Assembly (NCBI GenBank): GCA_951406725.2
Contig: OX597827.1
Span: 66,960,001-67,024,000, forward strand
Origin: Octopus vulgaris
Lineage: Eukaryota
DNA: 64,000 nt
Direction of reading: 5' to 3'
A program made the translations under genes and the position numbers. The notes below the pieces were generated by a model. It searched no databases and was not told the origin of the DNA. It saw only the letters and a program-made list of their open reading frames with translations. Shown here in pieces: positions 53,781 to 64,000 of this stretch (position 1 is its first letter; every line of letters begins with the position of its first letter).

Positions 53781-54000
53781 TGTGTGTCTTTGTATCTATA
53801 TTTTTTTCCCCACCACCTCTTGACAACCGATGTTAGTGAATTTGCGTACACAAAACTTAACGGTTCGCCAACAGATACAGATAAAATAAGTACCAGGCCT
53901 TGAAAAATTAAGTGCTTGGGCCGATTCATTCAATAAATAGCTGATCGATGCATTGTCCCAGCAAGGGTGGAGTCCAGTGACTGATACAAGTAAAACATAA
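53030..54000 (+). mobile_element. Old SINE family A copy split by nested insertions in its internal microsatellite
   Basis: Head ~53030-53180, tail ~53777-54000; between them a hairpin, an inverted SINE head and an HHR palindrome. Confidence 0.65.
53635..53730 (+). ncRNA. HHR-like motif (53663-53708) with an inverted partial copy upstream
   Basis: UUC-CUGAAGA-uuucaucugaau-GAAACAG..CUGUA^GAA; 57-bp palindrome 53635-53691. Confidence 0.55.
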
Positions 54001-54407
54001 AAGCTATGCATGTAGGTATGTATTCGTGCATGTATGTGTATATGGATGTGCGTATGCATGTATGTATGGGTTTGTAAGATGTTTGTGAGATATATGTGTG
54101 AGAGTGTATATATATTTATATATATATATATAGTAGCTGCATAACTACATTAGTGACTCCGGAGCCTAGAGATCTTACGCAAGTAACTAATAAATATTGA
54201 TAACTGTCTCAGAAAAGAATTTAAATACTCGACTCTCAAATGTATGGTCATAGCTTTTAATACACAAATATACATGCCATAATATTCTTTGTTAAGTGCT
54301 ATTTTCCCCCATCTTAATATCAAAATACACTTTCGCTTTACATAATGTCTTTCTGTGGTACGGTCTTTCATCATATATCTCTCACTATTCGTATACTGTT
54401 CGTACTA

Positions 54408-54484
<77 letters not shown>

Positions 54485-54508
54485 ACTATCTATCTATCTA
54501 TCTATCTA

Positions 54509-54551
<43 letters not shown>

Positions 54552-54981
54552 AGATTGAATGACGGATCGATAGAGATATTGCTATATAGATATAAACAGG
54601 ACAATACTTAAGAAAACTTGTGTATAATAGTATCTCTATGGATGCATGTGTGTGTGTGTGAGCGTTTCTGTTTGTGAGTGCGCACGCTCGTGTGTATGTG
54701 TGTGTATGTTTGTTTGAAATTGAGAATTCAGCATTTCTTGTGTCTCACAGAATTTGCTTCAGGAAACGAGAAACTCGGTGCTACATCGGAATAACCTTCG
54801 GGCCCGATCGATGACACATACACAGCGACAAACAGTTATGCATATAATGCACAGCCACACACACACACACAAAATACACACATCATATCCCCCCTCTTCT
54901 ATGTGCACGAAACATATCGAATCATATGTATGCAACTATACGGAAATAGGAAAATGAATGTATGCACACGTGTGTTTACAC

Positions 54982-55055
<74 letters not shown>

Positions 55056-55066
55056 ATATATATCCT

Positions 55067-55135
<69 letters not shown>

Positions 55136-55221
55136 AGAACAGTAACCGATATCTTATATTACTTTTATAATCTTTGTATTCAGATTACAGTTACTTTGAA
55201 ATGAATGTAGAGCTCACACGT

Positions 55222-55619
55222 ACAAGAATGGCGGTGTGGAAGTAGCTTGCTTACGAACCACATGGTTCCGGGTTCAGGCCCACTGCTTGGCACCTTGCGC
55301 AACTATCTTCTTGTATAGCCTCGGGCCGACCAAAGCCTTGTGAGTGGATTTGGTAGACGGAAAATGAAAGAAGCCCGTCGTATATATGTATATGTACATG
55401 GGTATTTATGTGTGTGTATACGTTTCTGTGTCTGTGTTTGTCCCCCCAACATCGCTTGATAACCGATGCTGGTGTGTTTACTTCCCCGCAAGCAAGCTGT
55501 TCGGCAAAATATACCGATAATACAAGTACTAGGCTTACAAAGTATAAGTCCTGGGGTCGATTTGTTCGACTAAAAGCGCGGTGCTCCGGCATGGCCACAG
55601 TCAAATGACTGAAACAAGC
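55222..55619 (+). mobile_element. SINE family A copy
   Basis: Homology to family A. Confidence 0.88.
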
Positions 55620-55622
55620 AAT

Positions 55623-55754
<132 letters not shown>

Positions 55755-56143
55755 GTATGTATGTTTGTGTAATGTGTATGTACGATGTATAATGGTAATG
55801 TATATTCCTGGAGAAACGCCTATTGCAAGGCACGAACCTGTGACAATTGATTCGATTCAAATCTGTCAACTTTCCCATTCATATCTTAAGAATACAAACA
55901 AAAGTGTGTGTGTTTTTGTATTATTCACACTATGTGAGAATAAGATGTATTGCAACGCTGCATGTTATACAACAGAAGCAGCAGAGGTTCCCAATTTGCC
56001 CCAGGCATCGCACGGTTCTTTTAAACACACGTACACACACATACACAGATTCATATATGTACAGAAGACAGACACAAGGAAACACACTTACAGATACGCA
56101 TACACATACATACACTCGTATATTTATTTAAATGTAGGAATGA

Positions 56144-56202
<59 letters not shown>

Positions 56203-56439
56203 ATATATGATGTTGCGTCAGTATGTTGGCTTCAACCCAATTATGTACTGTCGAGGTGTATGTTCTGTTGTTTTTTTTTTGTTTTTCATTTTATCATCCT
56301 TAAATCGCCTGCATCTCTGTGCTTGTTATTTGAGCGTTATTTAGTTACTAGGCAACGGATATTTGCTTATCAGAAAACGCGGAAGATAAAAGAAGCGAAA
56401 CAAAAAAACAGTCTATCATACTAGCATACCTTGAGTTTA

Positions 56440-56515
<76 letters not shown>

Positions 56516-56657
56516 CTTTTGTAGTTTTCTTACAACAAAGCCTGAGTCGAAACATCTGTCCATGCTGCAAGGAAATAAGAAACCGAATAATATATCATTT
56601 TGTTTTTTCTTAATGAATTCTTATTTATTAACATCCAAATATTCCTGTTACGTATTA

Positions 56658-56693
<36 letters not shown>

Positions 56694-57268
56694 CTTTTGG
56701 GTATGGTTTGCAAGATTGTTTATGTGAGTTCGTGTGTTGAAGCATATACTGTTGTGTCTGGGGAGAGTCATTTTCTTTTTGTGCCTTATAATTTAGCACC
56801 CTCACCGGTAAAATTTCCACTTATTTCTTATTATTATTTTCCTAAAATTTTCGTTTGCGTCTTGCAATCTTTTCAATAGTTTTGACATATATATATACTT
56901 ATACATACACACACACATATATATTGCTTGCCCTGAATGATTGCTGCCATTCTGGGCTAGTGTTTACGCGAATATATTATGTTGCTATTTTTTATCCATC
57001 CGCTATGGTACAGAAACATAAATGAACAGACATTGGTTTTCAAGTGACAGCGATGGGTCAAACACTGACATAAAGTTAAGCACATAAGCACACAGAAACA
57101 CACATACACACACACACACACATACACACATACACACACATGTTTATACTTAAATATGTATGTGTGCTTCTGTGTATATGTAAATACACAGGGAGAAAGA
57201 AAGAAAGAAAGAAAAAATAAAGAAAGAAAGAAAGAGAGAAAGACATAAAGAAAGAAAGAAAGAAAGAG

Positions 57269-57299
<31 letters not shown>

Positions 57300-57443
57300 G
57301 AGAAATAAATAAATAAAGAAAGAAAGAAAGAAAGAAAGGATGTGGTGTCCCTTGTTTCATTGAAAGAATAATTGTGAATTGGGGTGAATTTACAAAAAGG
57401 GCATAGCTAAAACAAATATTGTGTGTTTATATATGTTGTATGT

Positions 57444-57504
<61 letters not shown>

Positions 57505-57950
57505 CAACATATAAATGTGTGTGTCTCTGTGTATGCGTGTGTATGTGTTGTACGTAAGCTTGCAAGCATATATAATCGCATATCAGTGTTTACATATTTG
57601 ATATTTGTGCGTTCCTGTGCTTCTGTAAGCCTGTCTGTGAAACAATAATGCGTTTTATATTCGATCCAACGATATATATCATTCTATATCGCTTTCACAA
57701 TCTTTCTAGGTATATGATGTATTGTTTAATGTTATCGAATAAGCAGAGAAATTGTTCGGGATTGAAATTTTTGAAAATTTTATATAATTAATTCTTCTAA
57801 TTTTATCAATTTTATTTTAATAATTGTTCTAAATTTGTCTTATTATATATTGCATTTTCGTAATTTCTGCTGAAGGTTCTCCATTTTGGAATTGATTTGC
57901 TATTTTTATTAACATTTCCGAAGATATCTCTCGTTTCTTTTGTTTCTCAT

Positions 57951-58152
57951 TTAAAATTCTGATATTGAATTTCAGAAATAATTTTATAAAATAAAAACTC
58001 AAATGGTTATATCTTAGTCGTTAGTTTGAAGTGCGATTTGACTCACTTCTTAAAATTCTGATATTGAATTTCAGAAATAATTTTATAAAATAAAAACTCA
58101 AATGGTTATATCTTAGTCGTTAGTTTGAAGTGCGATTTGACTCACTTCTTAA
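57951..58152. repeat. Perfect 99-bp tandem duplication with TTAA microhomology
   Basis: ttaaaattctgatattg...gactcacttc at 57951 and 58050. Confidence 0.95.
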
Positions 58153-58399
58153 GAAGACAAGTGAATATAAAAATGAAGGCCTCTGAAAGACCAAGCGGAG
58201 GCGACGAAGTGTTGTGCTTTCGTGATTACAGTCAATAAGTGTGATAAATTACAACCCTACAAAAACAGTGGCGTAGCTATATGTGTGTCATTTGGGGCAG
58301 TCCGTTACTTCCACGTCCATGTACCGGGCCCCAAGCGTACACGCGCTTATTTAAGAGAGCGAAAATGCCTTCACTAAGGACCAAATACATTTATATTCT

Positions 58400-58785
58400 T
58401 TTCTACTTTAGGCACAAGGCTCGAAATTTTTTTTGGGGGAGGGGGCAGTCGATTACATCGAACCAGTATGAAACTGGTATTTAATTTATCGACCCCGAAA
58501 GGATGAAAGGCAAAGTCAACCTCGGTGGAATTTGAACTCAAAACGTAAAGACGAAATACCTATTTCTGTACTACCCACAAGGGGTCAAACAAGGAGGAGA
58601 CAAACGAAGACAGACAGATGGATTAAGTCGATTACATCGATCCGAGAGCGTAACTGGTACTTAGTTAATCGACCCCGAAAGGATGAAAGGCAAAGTCGAC
58701 CCCGACGGTCAGAACGTAGCGGCAGACGAAATACCACTAAGCATTTCGCCCGGAGAGCTAACGTTTCTGCCAACTCACCGCCTTC
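58400..58785 (-). mobile_element. SINE family B dimer (tail 1 unit + truncated tail 2 unit)
   Basis: Reverse-complement homology to family B. Confidence 0.85.
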
Positions 58786-59223
58786 AAATACACTCATATT
58801 ACACACATTTGTTTCAGAATCAGTGATTAGGCGTGTGTAAGTGAGCGTTTGCGTTCCTGTGCGTGAGTGTGTGTCTTTTTCTGTGTGTGTGTATTTGCGC
58901 GCGCGAGTTCGTGGCGTTCGACTTTATGAAATACATTTCTAAGATCGTAGGTATTTTTTTTTTACATTATCTATGGTATTGCCTTCAAATTTTGACACAA
59001 CACCGGCAATTTCGGGCCAGAGCTTATGTCCCTTTCAACGACCCCAGCGCTCAGCTGGTGATCATTTTATCGGCTCTGAAAGGATGAAAGGCAAACTCGA
59101 TCTCGGTATATGTTTAACTCAGGATGTAAAGACGAACGATAAAAGGCCAAGCATTTAGCCCGGTGTCCTAATCATTCTACCAGCACGCTGCTTTTCCATT
59201 GCCTCTGATATTAACATCGAATA

Positions 59224-59600
59224 TGTGGAGGTGCAATGGCCTAGTGGTTAGGGCAGCGGACTCGCAGTCATAGGATCGTGGTTTCGATTCCCAGACCGGG
59301 AGTTGTGAGTGTTTATTGAGCGAAAACACTTAGAGATCCACGAGACACCGACAGGGGGTGGTGGTGAAATCTGCTGTACTCTTTCACCACAACTTTCTCT
59401 CACTCTTTCTTCCTATTTCTGTTGCACTTGTATTTCAAAGGACCAGCCTTATCACACTCTGTGTCACGCTTAATCTCCCTGAGAACTATGTTATGGGTAC
59501 ATGTATCTGGGGAGTGCTCAGCCACTTGTACGTTAATTTCACGAGCAGGTTGTTTCGTTGATCCGATCAACTGGACTCCTCGTAGTCGTAACCGACAGGG
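59224..59600 (+). mobile_element. SINE family C, tail a
   Basis: Colinear with 20043-20432. Confidence 0.88.
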
Positions 59601-59864
59601 TACCGTAGTAATATCAGATATAATGTGACGGAGTGTACAAAATGTTTCCTTTGCTACTTTATGCCTTAGTTTCGATCCTTCTCCTCATGGACGTGTCATG
59701 CGTTATACCCTAAAGTAAATCAAAACGTGCTTCAGTGAAATTGGGTAAATGGAAACGGTGTGAATCAGTCGGGTTAATCGGGCAAGTAATTGAAAAGGAT
59801 AACCTCATATTCATTCTCGTTGTAGATTGACTATTCAATGCCCAACGCTAAAATTAAGCGAATA

Positions 59865-60475
59865 TTAGTTGGCGACCGCGCAAATTCGTTAACACAGCGG
59901 GCAAAATGTTCAGCGGCTTTTCTGCTGATGTCGACTTTGCTTGCATCCTTTCGGGGTCGATAAAATAAGTACCTGTTGAGTACTGAGGTCCTTGTGATAG
60001 ACTTACACGAAATTGCTGGCCTCGTGCCAAATGATGAAACAAATATGTAAGTTAAGTCAGTGAATTGGCAGAATCGTAAGCATGCCGGAGAAAATACTTA
60101 GCAGCATGTCGTCCGTCTTTACTTTCTGAGTTCAAAAGCCGCCGAGGTCGACTTTGCCTTCCATTCTTTGGGAGTCGATAAAATAAGTACTTATTAAGCA
60201 CTGGGATCATTGTCATTGGCGTAACTTCGCTCATGAAATTGCTGGCATTGTCCCAAAAGTTGAAACAAATATTTAAGATAATGCTCTGATTCGGAAGATA
60301 ACACATCAGGTAAAATGTTTAGCGGAATATCGTCCATCTTTATGTTCTGAATTCAAATTCCATGAAGGTCAACTTTCCTCCTTTCAAGGGTTGATAAAAT
60401 AAGTACCAGTTGAACATTAGGCACTTGCCTTCTTCCCCGAAATCGCTGTTTTTGTGTCAAAATATGAAATCTATA
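59865..60475 (+). mobile_element. Three diverged SINE family B copies
   Basis: Homology to family B. Confidence 0.75.
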
Positions 60476-60712
60476 TTAGATGAATATCACTTTACCTTTT
60501 AACTGTTATATATTGCTTGCTTTAGTCATTGCACTAATTAGTAGAGTACGGTTAATTAATGAAACCAAAGAAGAGAAATTTTTAAAAGGAGCATGAAAGG
60601 AAATATAATTATTATCACTAAAACTTTCCTTAGGTATACGGTGAAACTATATTACTTATAACTAATAAAACACATAAAAACGCAAACGAGTAAAAGCAGA
60701 CATATTCTAAGT

Positions 60713-61022
60713 CACGTGACTTTTCCTTTCGTGACCGACCAGACCATCAGATGTTGCTACACATCGCTGGTCACAATGCGTTCGCACTGTTTTAGCCTTC
60801 GAATGACGCCACCCCGCCGGCTAAGCGAGCAGGCCAACAGAAGAAAGAGTGGGAGAAAGCGTGGTGAAAGAGTACAGCAGGGATCACCACCCCCTGCCAG
60901 AGCCTTGTGGAGCTTTTTAGGTGTTTTTGCTCAATAAACACACACAACGCCCGGTCTGGGAATCGAAACCGCGACCTACGACCGCGAATCCGCTGCCCTA
61001 ACCACTGGGCCATTGCGCCTCC
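60713..61022 (-). mobile_element. SINE family C, tail b, with a 13-bp TSD
   Basis: acatattctaagt at 60700-60712 and 61023-61035. Confidence 0.92.
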
Positions 61023-61090
61023 ACATATTCTAAGTAAGTACATTTAAATAATGACATTAAAACATTAAAAAACTCAATGGTACATCATAT

Positions 61091-61757
61091 TCTGTTGTAC
61101 CTGTTTTCCCAAGGGCCAGCCTTGTCACACTCTGTGTCATGCTGAATCTCCCCGAGAACTACGTTAAGGGTATACGTGTCTGTGGTGTGCTCAGCCACTT
61201 GCACGTTAATAAATGAGCTGCGACGTCACCGGTGCCAAGGTGTATCGGCCTTTGCCCTACCCTTGGATAACATCGGTGGTGTGGAAAGAGGAGGCTGGTA
61301 TGCATGGGCGACTGTTAGTCTGCCACAAACAACCTTGCCCGGACCTGTGCCTCGGAGGCTCTGTGAGGCTCCGATAGGGGGTGGTGGCGAACCCTGCTGT
61401 AATCTTTCACCACAACTTTATTTCATTCTTTCTTCCATTTTCTGTTGTACCTGTTTTTCAAAGGGACCAGCCTTGTCACACTCTGTGTCCCGCTAAATCT
61501 CCCCGAGAACTACGTTAAGGGTACACGTGTCTGTGGATTGCTCAGCCACTTGCACGTTAATAAATGAGCTGCTACGCCACAGGTGCCAAGCTGTATCGGT
61601 ATTTGCCTTTCCCTTGGATAACATCGGTGGCGTGGAGAGGGGAGGCCGGTATGCGTGGGCGACTGCTGGTCTTCCATAAACAACCTTGCCCAGACTTGTG
61701 CCTCGGATGTTGACTTTCTAGGAGCAAACCCATGTTCATTCATAACCAAAGGGGGTC
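61091..61757 (+). mobile_element. Two headless SINE C-derived units with a fourth tail type
   Basis: Tail-a 5' half joined to aaatgagctgc.acg.cac.ggtgccaag...; repeated at 61091 and 61441. Confidence 0.75.
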
Positions 61758-61885
61758 ACAACAAGTCATCGCACTGCAACCATGCATTTTCTATGAATAC
61801 AGCCGCCATGTTTGACCGCTAGCTCTAAAGGCATGTCTTATTCTCTCTTTGTTTATTTCCTCGTGTTCCTTTCTGTAAACCCCAA

Positions 61886-61968
<83 letters not shown>

Positions 61969-62235
61969 TGTATTTTTACCTTGTTAACAATTAACACGGA
62001 AAAAATAAATAAATAGTTACCAGGGCAGCAAAAATCTCACAAGTAAAGATGTTGTAACTCCTTGTTTATAAAGGTAGAAACTTCGTGTTTAATATTAATA
62101 TCCCTACTCTTTCTGTTAGCTACTTATGACGTTATATCATATAACGTTTTTTTTTAAACAATATTAATAGCGTTCTGTCTATCGCTATACAAATCCATCA
62201 TTTTTTGCTAAAATGTCTTATTGACGAGTTTCGTT

Positions 62236-62332
62236 TTTTTCACTTTCCTGAGGAGAAGATTGCATTGTTTATACCATTTATTCTTTAGAATAGTATCAGT
62301 GGAATTTTCGAAACATGTGTCGAATGTAAAAA
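62236..62332 (+). ncRNA. Type I hammerhead ribozyme in a ~420-bp element between (TA)n tracts (~61966-62385)
   Basis: UUUUCACUUUC-CUGAGGA-GAAGAUUGCAUUG..CAGUGGAAUUUUC-GAAAC-AUGU-GUC^GAAUGUAAAAA. Confidence 0.8.
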
Positions 62333-62854
62333 TATTTGATTACACCTGCGTTAACTCCATTTTTTATTCAAATATATATTTATATATATATATTTATATA
62401 TATATTGCGTTTTTCTTTTTCAAAATTATTATGAGTATATAAGCACAGGAATGGTTGTGTGGTAAGAACTTTGCTTCACAGGCACATTGTATCCTGTTTA
62501 GTTCTACTTACGAGGCCAACTTTGTACAGTGCATTCCACTATAGCACCGGGTCCTCGAAACCTATCTTGCGCCGCGCGCGTTTTTGTGTTTTCCCCTGCT
62601 ATCGCTTTATAGCAGTTGTAGTGTTGGTTTTTTTACGTTCGCGTAACCTAATGGTTTGATATATGAGATCGTTAAACTAACTAGCAGACATTAACAAAAT
62701 TACATACCGGAGGTGATTCGTTGGAAACCTTTAAGGATGAGACCCTACAAGTAAAAGATGATATATTTGGGAACCGAAACCACGATCCTACGACTGCGAA
62801 CCCTCTGCCCGAACCACTGGGCCATTGCGCCTCAATATATATATTACTCTCTTT

Positions 62855-63259
62855 CTCTTTTACTCTTTTACTTGTTTCAGTCATTTGACTACGGCCATGC
62901 TGGAGCACCGCCTTTAATCGAGCAACTCGACCCCGGGACTTATTCTTTTTGTAAGTCCAGTACTTATTTTATCGGTCTCTTTTGCCGAACCGATAAGTAA
63001 CGGGGACATAAACACACCAGCATCGGTTGTCAAGCAATGCTAGGGGGACAAATACAGACACACACAACACACGCATATATATATATACATATATACGACG
63101 GGCTTCTTTCAGTTTCCGTCTACCAAATCCACTCACAAGGCTTTGCTCGGCCCGAGGCTATAGTAGAAGACACTTATCCAAGGTGCCACGCAGTGGGACT
63201 GAACCCGGAACCATGTGGTTGGTAACAAGCTACTTACCACACAGCCACTCCTGCGCCAT
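62855..63259 (-). mobile_element. SINE family A copy
   Basis: Homology to family A. Confidence 0.9.
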
Positions 63260-63758
63260 ATATATATGCATACATACATACATACATACATACATACATA
63301 CATACATACATACATACATTTTGGTAACAGTTTGGTAAGTTACAATTTACCATATTTATGTGAAGTTGAGAGATTTATAATATGAGACCGTAATGCTGTC
63401 CTTTTCTTTTTTTTTTCTAAACAATGTGTAGTATTTGCAAATGAATGGATACATTTCTATAATAGTCTAAAAGTTAGTTTAAAATTAGAACGTTAAATGG
63501 ATGGAGGATTATACCAGATGAAATATCGTTTCCGCTTTCTAGTCATCGTTTTAATAGTACGTCTAGTAGTTGAAGGCATATTCCTCGAAGCCACTTTTTT
63601 TTTAAGTGCTTTATTTAAGTAAGTCGCGGAATCAATAAATGACCTCTGCGTACAAGAATCGATTTAGGTGCATGCAATGTTCTTACATGGTATTAAGTGT
63701 TTAGGTACATATATTTGAGTAAAAATCATTGCAAATTCTTATATAGCTAGCGTTGTTA

Positions 63759-63822
<64 letters not shown>

Positions 63823-64000
63823 GGGACCTCACCATCCAACTTTAAATGTACAACCACGAACATTTGTCTACCACATACAACTAAATAATATGTGGAGGCG
63901 CAATGGCCCAGTGGTTAGGACACGACTGCAGTTTCGATTCCCATTTGTTTATTCTAAAACACCACATACAAGTGATCCCTGCATAATATACTGTTTCTGT

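Overview
AT-rich, extremely microsatellite-dense eukaryotic DNA, intergenic or intronic. The SINE repertoire and composition point to a cephalopod, probably Octopus (inference). No host gene is confidently present; nearly all short ORFs are translations of microsatellites or SINEs. The window holds: (i) more than 40 tRNA-derived SINE copies from about 4 modular families; (ii) LINE remnants, namely a 5'-truncated CR1-group RT with one nonsense codon, a Tx1/L1-type 3' end inside (GATA)n, R4/Dong fragments in (TAA)n, and RTE scraps; (iii) two decayed mariner transposases; (iv) about a dozen hammerhead-ribozyme (HHR) motifs, five with complete-looking folds, carried by short non-coding elements anchored in (TA)n arrays. 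Two of these elements have tandem or terminally redundant ~490-500 bp units, the architecture expected of retrozymes or Penelope-type pLTRs copied from circular RNA. Two SINE-LINE 3'-tail partnerships can be read directly from the window. All folds and alignments were done by eye, and boundaries are approximate to a few bp.
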